The notes below the pieces were generated by a model. It worked only from the letters and a program-made list of their open reading frames with translations, was not told the origin of the DNA and did no database searches. Positions 27,907 through 35,115 of a DNA stretch of 35,115 nucleotides are shown here, in pieces. The position numbers were made by a program, and so were the translations under genes. Position 1 is the stretch's first letter. Each line of letters starts with the position of its first letter. This stretch comes from Bryobacterales bacterium (GTDB lineage: Bacteria > Acidobacteriota > Terriglobia > Bryobacterales > UBA6623), in contig JAJDWM010000743.1 of assembly GCA_022825595.1 (NCBI GenBank), positions 1-35,115 of the forward strand. The letters are read 5' to 3'.

Positions 27907-28245
27907 TCATCGGCGGATCGCTGCAACTGCCTCCTCGCGGGTGTGATAGGTCGGTATGACCCTGTCGAACCCGGTGATCGCGAACACCCTCTGCACCTGG
28001 CGGTCGAGCTCGCACATGACCAAGGGGGTCTTCCGGCGCGAGAGGGCCCTCGACACGGCCAGCAGGGCCCTCAGCCCCGCGCTGCTGATGTAGGAGAGCT
28101 TCTTGCAGTCAACCACAACACCTTGGTCGCCCTCCCCGACCGAATCCTGAACTGCAACCTGAAACGCAAGGGCGTTCTCGCTGTCAAGCTCCCGCCACGC
28201 TCCGACCGTCAGGATTCCCTGTGTACGATGCGTTGGCAAGTCCAC
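27907..28245 (-). CDS. STAS-domain anti-sigma factor antagonist (second, tandem paralog)
   Basis: 112 aa; ELDSENA, VVDC..L.YISSAGLR, RVFAITGF. Confidence 0.92.
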   Translation of the reverse strand: MDLPTHRTQGILTVGAWRELDSENALAFQVAVQDSVGEGDQGVVVDCKKLSYISSAGLRALLAVSRALSRRKTPLVMCELDRQVQRVFAITGFDRVIPTYHTREEAVAAIRR

Positions 28246-28295
28246 CGCCGTAAGCTCGATGCTGCGCGACGACCCTGCCGTCCCGCTGCCTGACT

Positions 28296-28308
28296 AGGTA
28301 TACCAGAT
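28296..28308 (-). promoter_or_regulatory. Motif ATCTGGTATACCT upstream of second STAS gene
   Basis: 12/13 identical to 27848-27860. Confidence 0.45.
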
Positions 28309-28352
28309 TCCGCCAGTCCCGGGGAGGCACAGAAGGGCGCTAGAGTGGCTGC

Positions 28353-29405
28353 ATGCAGAGGCGACTCCGGGCGGTCGGAATCGGCGCAGGCTACTTCTCG
28401 GGCTACCAGTACGAAGCCTGGGGCAGGATTCCGGAGGTGCGGCTGGTCGCGATGCACAACCGCACCGAGTCCAAGGCCCGCCGGCTCATGCGGATCCACG
28501 GGATCCCGCGCTACTACGGGGACTGGCGGGAGATGATCGCCCACGAGCGGCCCGACTTCGTGGATGTCATCACTCCGCCGGAGACGCACGCCGAGATGTG
28601 CGCTTTCGCCGCTGGCCGGGGTGTGGGAGTCATCTGCCAAAAGCCCCTGGCTCCGACCCTGGCGGAGAGCGCTGCAATCGTGCGACAGGCCAAGGACGCC
28701 GGGGTGCGCTTCATGGTCCACGAGAACTTCCGCTGGCAGCCTTGGTACCGCAAGATCCGGGCCGTTCTGGACGGCGGCGCCCTCGGCCGTCCGACTCACA
28801 TGTACTTCCGGATGCGCACCGGCGACGGCTGGACGGAAGACGCCTACCTAGACCGGCAGCCATTCTTCCGGGACTATCCCAGACTGCTGGTGTACGAGAC
28901 TGCTGTGCACTTCATCGACACGTTTCGCTACCTCTTGGGGGAGGTCACGGATGTGTACGCGCGGCTGCGCCGACTGAACCCGGCGATCCGCGGAGAGGAC
29001 GAGGGGCAGATCCTGCTGGCCTTCGCCGGGGGGGCAACCGCGATCATCGACGCGAACCGCTACAACGAGGCCGAGACGCCCAATCCCCGCTTTACGTTCG
29101 GGGAACTGCGGCTGGACTGCACAGGGGGCCACCTTGCCATGGAGGCGGACTCCTCGATGCGAATGAAGCCTTTGGGCCAGCCCGTTCGCGCTGTGGACTA
29201 CGACCGCGAGGACCGCAATTTCGCGGGGGACTGCGTGTACGCCCTGCAGCGGCACTTTACGGACCGCTGGCTCGCCGGCCTACCGTTCGAGAGCAGCGGC
29301 GAGGACTACCTCCGCACGCTCGCGGTGGTGGATGCAGTCTACGAGTCGGCTCGGTCGCGCCAAGCGGTTCGGCTGGGGGCCACCGAAGGCCCGCGGAGCC
29401 TATGA
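28353..29405 (+). CDS. Gfo/Idh/MocA family oxidoreductase (cytoplasmic)
   Basis: GIGAGYF, DVITPP..H, ICQKPLAP, HENFRWQPWY, ETAVHFID. Confidence 0.92.
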   Translation: MQRRLRAVGIGAGYFSGYQYEAWGRIPEVRLVAMHNRTESKARRLMRIHGIPRYYGDWREMIAHERPDFVDVITPPETHAEMCAFAAGRGVGVICQKPLAPTLAESAAIVRQAKDAGVRFMVHENFRWQPWYRKIRAVLDGGALGRPTHMYFRMRTGDGWTEDAYLDRQPFFRDYPRLLVYETAVHFIDTFRYLLGEVTDVYARLRRLNPAIRGEDEGQILLAFAGGATAIIDANRYNEAETPNPRFTFGELRLDCTGGHLAMEADSSMRMKPLGQPVRAVDYDREDRNFAGDCVYALQRHFTDRWLAGLPFESSGEDYLRTLAVVDAVYESARSRQAVRLGATEGPRSL

Positions 29406-31993
29406 TTGGGGGCGCCATGGGCCGCTCCGTCCCGCAAGCCGGCCAGCTGCCCGAGCCGAGGCTGCGCTTCCCTGCTTGCGCCGTGGCCTGGGTGGGCGCG
29501 GTGGCGTTGGGGCATGCACAGCCCCCGCAGGGCTACTCGATTCCGACGGTAGACCTGGCGCACGAGGAGCACCGCCAAGTGGTTGTGGACCGCGAGCCGG
29601 GCCAGTACCTTGGGCATCCCTCGACGCTGCTGCTCCCCGACAACCGCACAATACTGGTCGCATATCCCATGGGGCATGGCAGGGGGGCCATCGTCTACAA
29701 GAAGAGTCCAGACGGCGGGCTGACTTGGAGCAGCCGGCTCGCCACGCCCGAAAACTGGGCCACGTCGATGGAGGTCCCGACGCTGTTCCGCTTGGTCGCC
29801 CCGGACGGGACGGCCCGCGTCCTGCTGTTCTCGGGCAAAGCCGCGGGCATCCGCGTGGCGCAGTCTGACGACGAGGGCCGCACTTGGTCCGCGCTGCGGC
29901 CACTGGCGACGCCGGGCCCGCCATTCGGCGGCATCGTGGCCATGTCGTCCGTGGTGGAGCGCTCCGACGGGGCGCACATGGCCTTCTTCCACGACGACGG
30001 CCGCTGGCTCCGCGACCCGCCCGAACATTCCGGCGGCGCCCGTTTCGCCGTCTACAAGACCGTCTCCACGGACGGCGGGCAGACCTGGGCCCAGCCTGAG
30101 GTAGTGACGCGGCACCCCGAGGCGCACCTTTGCGAGCCCGGAGCCGTGCGATCGCCGGACGGCCGCCAGATCGCACTGCTCCTGCGCGAGAACAGCCGCA
30201 GGCTGAATTCCTTCGTGGTCTTCTCCGACGACGAGGGCGAGACGTGGAGCGAGCCCCGCGAGCTGCCGGGTTCGCTGACGGGGGACCGTCACGTGGCACG
30301 GTACGCGCCCGACGGCCGCCTCTTCGTCAGCTTCCGCGACCGGACTCACGTCAGCCCGACTCACGGCGACTGGGTTGGCTGGGTCGGCACCTACGGCGAT
30401 ATCGCGGCGGGCCGTCAGGGCCAGTATCGTGTGCGCCTCATGGACAACCTCAAGGGGACCGACACCGCCTATCCGGCAGTGGAGCTGCTGCCCGACGGGA
30501 CATTCGTGGCCACGACCTACGGCCACTGGACGGCGGGCGAAGAGCCCTACATTGCAAGCGTGCGCTTCAAGCTCGAGGAGCTGGACGCGCGGGCCGCAGG
30601 GGCCGGCCCTGAGCCGGCCTCGATGGTGCGGGAGGCAGAGCGGCCGCCGGTCGCACCGCAGGCCCGCGAGGGCAACCCGAACGTTCTGTTCATCGGGGTC
30701 GACGACCTAAACGACTGGATCCTCGAGCGTCACACGCCCCTGAAGATGCCGAACCTGATGCGTCTTGCGCGCAGAGGGGCCCTCTTCCGGCGCGCTTACG
30801 CCGCTTCGCCGGCCTGCAATCCGTCGCGCGTCGCTCTGTTGACCGGCCTGAGCCCTTCCGCCACGGGGGTATACGGGAACCGCTCGGACTGGCGCGGGGC
30901 GCTGCCATCGACAGTCACTCTTCCGCGGCATTTCATGAACCACGGCTACCGCGTGGAGGGCGCTGGGAAGATATTCCATCACCATCTCAACAGCGCCTTC
31001 CACGACGACGAGTCGTTCCACCGCTTCGTGAAGATGCAGCTCGACCCGATGCCGCCCACGAAGCTGAACAGGATTCCGGAGGTTGCCAGCCTGAACTTCG
31101 ACTGGGGCCCGTGGCCCTTGGATGAGTCGGCCACCCCGGACGTGCGCTCGGTGGAGTTCGGGATCGACTTTCTCTCGCGGCGGCACGAGCAGCCCTTCTT
31201 CCTGGCGATCGGCCTGTTCCGGCCGCACATGCCATTCCACGTCCCCCCGAAGTACTTCGCAGAGTACCCGAGCGACGCGGTGGCGATGCCTCGCGCACCG
31301 GCGGACGACCTAGATGACATCCCGGAGGGCGGAATGGCGCTGCTTCGCGAGAAGCAGCACTTCATGCGGGCCATCCGCGCCGGAGAGGCGCGAAGCCCCG
31401 GCACTTGGAGGGAGGCCGTGCGAGCCTACCAGGCCAGCTGCACGTTCGCGGACCACCAGATCGGGCGGCTGCTGGCAGCCCTTTCGCGCTCTGGGCACGC
31501 CAGCAACACCGTCGTGGCGCTGTGGTCGGACCACGGCTACCACCTCGGCGAGAAGGGCCACTGGGAAAAGTTCGCCCTGTGGGAAAAGTCCACGCGCGTG
31601 CCGCTGGCCCTGGTGGCCCCGGGGCGCATTGAGCCTGGAACCGTGGTTGACGCGCCGGTGTCGCTGCTGGACCTGTACCCGACACTGGTGGAACTCTGCG
31701 GGCTGCCTGAGAGGAAGGGGCTCGAGGGTGAGAGCCTGCTGCGCGCGATTCGGGGACAATCGCCCCAACGGTCGGTCGCGATGACCTACCAGAGGGGGAA
31801 CCACGCGGTCCGCTCGAGCCGCTGGCGCTACATCCGGTACGCGGACGGCAGCGAGGAACTCTACGACCACAGGAGCGACCCCGACGAGCTCTCCAACCTG
31901 GCGGGGACCGGCGAGCACGCGGACGTCATCCGCTCGCTGCGCCGCTGGCTGCCGCGCAAGGACGCCCCGACCGTCCCGGACCTGCGGCGGTGA
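29402..31993 (+). CDS. Fusion: BNR/Asp-box sialidase-like beta-propeller + sulfatase (iduronate-2-sulfatase/choline-sulfatase-like)
   Basis: ATG 29402 overlaps the upstream stop (ATGA). Asp-boxes SPDGGLTW, SDDEGRTW, STDGGQTW, SDDEGETW; then NVLFIGVDDLND, CNPSRVALLTG (CxPxR), SDHGYHLGEK, EELYD. Confidence 0.9.
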   Translation: MIGGAMGRSVPQAGQLPEPRLRFPACAVAWVGAVALGHAQPPQGYSIPTVDLAHEEHRQVVVDREPGQYLGHPSTLLLPDNRTILVAYPMGHGRGAIVYKKSPDGGLTWSSRLATPENWATSMEVPTLFRLVAPDGTARVLLFSGKAAGIRVAQSDDEGRTWSALRPLATPGPPFGGIVAMSSVVERSDGAHMAFFHDDGRWLRDPPEHSGGARFAVYKTVSTDGGQTWAQPEVVTRHPEAHLCEPGAVRSPDGRQIALLLRENSRRLNSFVVFSDDEGETWSEPRELPGSLTGDRHVARYAPDGRLFVSFRDRTHVSPTHGDWVGWVGTYGDIAAGRQGQYRVRLMDNLKGTDTAYPAVELLPDGTFVATTYGHWTAGEEPYIASVRFKLEELDARAAGAGPEPASMVREAERPPVAPQAREGNPNVLFIGVDDLNDWILERHTPLKMPNLMRLARRGALFRRAYAASPACNPSRVALLTGLSPSATGVYGNRSDWRGALPSTVTLPRHFMNHGYRVEGAGKIFHHHLNSAFHDDESFHRFVKMQLDPMPPTKLNRIPEVASLNFDWGPWPLDESATPDVRSVEFGIDFLSRRHEQPFFLAIGLFRPHMPFHVPPKYFAEYPSDAVAMPRAPADDLDDIPEGGMALLREKQHFMRAIRAGEARSPGTWREAVRAYQASCTFADHQIGRLLAALSRSGHASNTVVALWSDHGYHLGEKGHWEKFALWEKSTRVPLALVAPGRIEPGTVVDAPVSLLDLYPTLVELCGLPERKGLEGESLLRAIRGQSPQRSVAMTYQRGNHAVRSSRWRYIRYADGSEELYDHRSDPDELSNLAGTGEHADVIRSLRRWLPRKDAPTVPDLRR

Positions 31994-32805
31994 GCGGATC
32001 CGCACCCAGTGCTCCGGTCCGCGATGGCGGGAAGGGGGCTACAGGCTTCGGTGGTGCGGTCCACCATTACGCGTCGGTGGACTCGACCATGCGGGTCGCG
32101 GCTGAGCTCGCGCTCGAAGGCTGCGCCGAGGGGACGGCCGTGAGCGCGGACCGCCAGACCGCCGGCAGGGGCAGGCTGGGGCGCAAGTGGCACTCCGAGG
32201 CAGGTCTCGGAGTGTACCTGTCGGTCGTGCTCAGACCGGACTGCGCACCTGCCCGCGCCCCGCTGCTGACGCTGGTGGCCGGGCTTGCCGCCAAGCAGGC
32301 GCTGGAGCAAATGGCGGGGGTCGAGTGCGACATTCGCTGGCCCAACGACATCCTGATCGGGGACCGCAAGTGCTGCGGCATCCTTGTCGAGATGGAATGC
32401 TCAGCCGACCGCGTCACGCACGTCATCGTGGGCATCGGCGTCAACGCAAACCACCTCGCTTTCCCGGACGAACTTGCCGGCCTAGCGACTTCCCTGCGGA
32501 TCGAGACCGGCCGCCGCTGGAGCCGTCGCGCCATTCAGGTGGCGCTGCTGAGCGCCTTAGAGGAATGCTACAGGCTCCACCATGCGCGGGGAGCGGAACC
32601 GATCTTCGAGGCGTTTCGGCGGGCCTCCAGCTACGTCGAGGGGCGCCGCGTGGTCATCGAGGACATCCCAGCAGGGCAGGCAGTCCCGACACGCGGGGTG
32701 ACCGCAGGGCTGGACGGCAACGGCGCTCTGCTGCTGCGGGCCGAAGACGGTACGGTCGCGCCCGTGCTGGCCGGCAGTGTGCGCCCTGAGCCGGGCAGAA
32801 TGTAG
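31990..32805 (+). CDS. birA: Biotin--[acetyl-CoA carboxylase] ligase (no N-terminal HTH)
   Basis: SVDST, QTAGRGRLGRKW.S, IRWPND, KCCGILVE, VGIGVN, GLDGNGALL. Confidence 0.94.
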   Translation: MSGSAPSAPVRDGGKGATGFGGAVHHYASVDSTMRVAAELALEGCAEGTAVSADRQTAGRGRLGRKWHSEAGLGVYLSVVLRPDCAPARAPLLTLVAGLAAKQALEQMAGVECDIRWPNDILIGDRKCCGILVEMECSADRVTHVIVGIGVNANHLAFPDELAGLATSLRIETGRRWSRRAIQVALLSALEECYRLHHARGAEPIFEAFRRASSYVEGRRVVIEDIPAGQAVPTRGVTAGLDGNGALLLRAEDGTVAPVLAGSVRPEPGRM

Positions 32806-32808
32806 AGA

Positions 32809-33576
32809 ATGCTGCTCGCTGTCGACGTCGGCAACACGAATCTCACGATCGGGCTCTTTGAGGGCCAGCGTCGGGTCGCGAACTGGCGCCTGAAGACCGA
32901 CCCCGAGGAGACGGTCGACGGCTGGGGGGCCCTGTTCCACAACCTAGTCGCGCTGGCCGGCCTGCGGATGGCAGGCATCCGCGGATTCATCTTCTCGTCG
33001 GTCGTGCCCCAACTGGACGCGTCGCTGAGCGGCATGGCTGGCCGGTATCTTGGGTTGGAGCCGTTCCAGGTGACTGCCGCAACGCCCACCGGGCTGGCGA
33101 TCCGTGTCGAGAACCCGGCGGAGGTGGGGGCGGACCGCATCGTGAACTCCGTCGCAGCGGCCCATCGATACGGCTGCCCCTGCATCGCTGTGGACTTCGG
33201 AACAGCGATCACGTTCGACGCGATCTCGGCGAAGCAAGCGTATCTGGGAGGCGTAATCTGCCCGGGCATCCAGGTCTCCACCCAAGCCCTCGTGCGCAGG
33301 ACGGCCCGCCTTCCCCAGATCGAGGTGCGCAAGCCCTGCTCCGTCATCGGGACGAACACCGTGCGCAGCCTGCAGTCCGGCTTTTACTACGGCATGCTCG
33401 GGATGCTGGACGGCATCCTCGCGGAGATGCTGGGCGTGCTAGGTGAGGGAACGAGCGTTGTGGCAACGGGAGGGCAGGCCAGCGTGCTGGCGCCCGAGTC
33501 GCAGCACGTGCAGACGGTGGACGACGGGCTGACCCTTGAGGGACTGCGCCTGATCTGGGCACGCAACCGCACCTGA
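32809..33576 (+). CDS. coaX: Type III pantothenate kinase
   Basis: MLLAVDVGNT, SSVVP, EVGADRIVN, VDFGTAITFD, GGVICPG, VVATGG, LTLEGL. Confidence 0.96.
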   Translation: MLLAVDVGNTNLTIGLFEGQRRVANWRLKTDPEETVDGWGALFHNLVALAGLRMAGIRGFIFSSVVPQLDASLSGMAGRYLGLEPFQVTAATPTGLAIRVENPAEVGADRIVNSVAAAHRYGCPCIAVDFGTAITFDAISAKQAYLGGVICPGIQVSTQALVRRTARLPQIEVRKPCSVIGTNTVRSLQSGFYYGMLGMLDGILAEMLGVLGEGTSVVATGGQASVLAPESQHVQTVDDGLTLEGLRLIWARNRT

Positions 33577-33585
33577 GCCGAGACT

Positions 33586-35043
33586 TTGCCAGCCCCGTAC
33601 GGACAGTCGCTCGCCCTGCTGACCGACCTGTACCAGCTGACGATGGCGTGCGGGTACTGGAGGGAGGGTATTGCCGAGCGCGAGGCGGTGTTCCACCACT
33701 ACTTCCGGACAGCGCCATTCGGAGGGTCCTTCGCCATCGCGGCCGGGCTGGAGACGGCCCTGCAATGGCTGGACGACCTGCGCTTCGGCGAGGGCGACCT
33801 CGAATATCTTGGCGGCCTGAGGGGAAACACCGGCAGTGCGCTGTTCCCGCGCCGCTTCCTGAGCTATCTGGGAATGCTCAAGTTCGCGTGCCACGTGGAC
33901 GCAGTGCCGGAGGGGACGCTGGTGCTGGCGGAAGAGCCCCTCGTGCGCGTTCAAGGCCCCCTGTTGCAGTGCCAGCTTGTCGAAACGGCGCTGCTCAATA
34001 TGATCAACTTCCAGACACTGGTTGCGACCAAGGCGGCCCGCGTGTGCCTCGCCGCAGGCGACGCCCCCGTGATCGAGTACGGGCTGCGCCGCGCCCAAGG
34101 AATCGACGGCGGGCTGAGCGCCAGCCGAGCGGCCTACATAGGGGGCTGCTCGGGAACTTCGAACACGCTGGCCGGCAAGCTGTACGGCATCCCTGTCAAG
34201 GGAACGCAGGCGCACAGCTGGGTGCTCGCCTTCGGCAATGAGCGGGAGGCTTTCGAGGCATACGCAAGATCCATGCCCGACAACTTGGTGCTGCTGGTCG
34301 ACACGCACGACAGCCTGGCCGGGATCCGAAAAGCGATCGAAGTGGGGCTGAGTGCTCGCAAGCGGGGAGTCCAGCTCGCCGGCATCCGGCTGGACTCCGG
34401 AGACCTTGCCGCACTCTCCAAGCGGGCACGCGCCATGCTGGACGCTTCGGGCCTCGGCAGCACGGCGATCATCGCATCGAACGATCTAGACGAGTACGCC
34501 ATCGAGCGGCTAAACGCCCGAGGGGCGCGCGTGGGCGTGTGGGGCGTGGGCACCAGCATTGCCGCAGCCAAGGGCCAAGCCGCTCTTGGCGGCGTGTACA
34601 AGCTGGCGCTGTTGAGAGACCGAAACGGGACGTGGGTGCCCAAAGCGAAGCGCTCGGAGGACGCCAACAAGTCGTCGACTCCCGGCATGCTGCAGGTGCG
34701 CCGGTTCTGGGATGGGCAGCGGCCCGCCGCCGACCTGCTGTACGACGAGACGCACCCGCCCGCTGGGCAGTGGGCCGGACTCGGACGCTCGGCCGGCGCG
34801 GGCGCGGAGCCGGTCACGCTTGGAGGCCCGTCGGAAGACCTGCTGCGGCCCGTTATGCGGCGCGGCCGGCGGGTGGCCCCGGCAGCGGCGCTTTCAGAGT
34901 CGCAGTCGGCAGCGCGCGACTGGATGCGCAGGATCGGGCGGAAGGCCCTCCACGTGGAGCCTGGCGCGGACGCGGTCCCCTTCTTCACCGAGACGGGGCT
35001 GGCGGCGCGGCGCCGGGCGGAGTTGGGCCGCCACGCGGACTGA
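33586..35043 (+). CDS. pncB: Nicotinate phosphoribosyltransferase
   Basis: LLTDLYQLTM, ETALLN, EYGLRRAQG, GTQAHSW (phospho-His), LLVDT, GIRLDSGDL, ASNDLDE, ALGGVYKL. Confidence 0.96.
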   Translation: MPAPYGQSLALLTDLYQLTMACGYWREGIAEREAVFHHYFRTAPFGGSFAIAAGLETALQWLDDLRFGEGDLEYLGGLRGNTGSALFPRRFLSYLGMLKFACHVDAVPEGTLVLAEEPLVRVQGPLLQCQLVETALLNMINFQTLVATKAARVCLAAGDAPVIEYGLRRAQGIDGGLSASRAAYIGGCSGTSNTLAGKLYGIPVKGTQAHSWVLAFGNEREAFEAYARSMPDNLVLLVDTHDSLAGIRKAIEVGLSARKRGVQLAGIRLDSGDLAALSKRARAMLDASGLGSTAIIASNDLDEYAIERLNARGARVGVWGVGTSIAAAKGQAALGGVYKLALLRDRNGTWVPKAKRSEDANKSSTPGMLQVRRFWDGQRPAADLLYDETHPPAGQWAGLGRSAGAGAEPVTLGGPSEDLLRPVMRRGRRVAPAAALSESQSAARDWMRRIGRKALHVEPGADAVPFFTETGLAARRRAELGRHAD

Positions 35044-35059
35044 GCCCGAAGAACCGCTG

Positions 35060-35115
35060 CTATCCGATCTCGGGAAGGTTCTCCCGCAAGATGCCGATGT
35101 CCTTGTCCCCGCGGC
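35060..35115 (-). CDS. trpB: C-terminal tip of tryptophan synthase beta subunit (partial, runs off window)
   Basis: Manual minus-strand translation (G)RGDKDIGILRENLPEIG*; GRGDKD is the conserved TrpB C-terminal motif. Only 17 codons are visible. Confidence 0.7.
   Translation of the reverse strand, partial: RGDKDIGILRENLPEIG

Noticed and set aside
28598-29401. N-terminal 268 aa of the 1131-aa ORF
   Set aside because: Arg/Pro-rich off-frame read of the Gfo/Idh/MocA gene; the real protein starts at about 29402.
1-35115. CRISPR array, tRNA/rRNA, transposase or integrase
   Set aside because: No regularly spaced repeats, cloverleaf/T-loop signatures or DDE/tyrosine-recombinase motifs were seen by eye; short or degenerate elements could have been missed.

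Overview
High-GC, densely coding bacterial DNA. The gene content (Tat-exported Gfo/Idh/MocA oxidoreductases, a DUF1549/DUF1553-DUF1501 pair, sulfatases, a BirA with RWPND) suggests Acidobacteriota or a Planctomycete-like lineage; this is an inference. About 27 genes are supported: sulfatases, three Gfo/Idh/MocA oxidoreductases, a serine hydrolase, an AAA_14/DUF4143 ATPase, an FG-GAP lipoprotein, a LytS-type kinase divergent from ribA, a YdjC/HpnK deacetylase, a lactate permease, an acyl-CoA ligase, an FAH-family protein, an ammonium transporter, birA-coaX-pncB and the 3' tip of trpB. Four things stand out. (i) Divergent from amt is a self-contained signalling module: orphan periplasmic binding protein, TorS-like HAMP histidine kinase, REC-PP2C phosphatase, RsbW-like kinase and two tandem STAS proteins that share an upstream 13-nt motif. 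(ii) A candidate ~95-nt structured RNA has a doubled anti-Shine-Dalgarno loop and a terminator directly upstream of the deacetylase gene. (iii) A decayed second copy of the LytS-kinase 3' end brackets the FG-GAP gene as a direct repeat. (iv) A BNR/sialidase-like domain is fused to a sulfatase. No rRNA, tRNA, CRISPR array or transposase was recognised. All calls come from motif reading; no database search was run.
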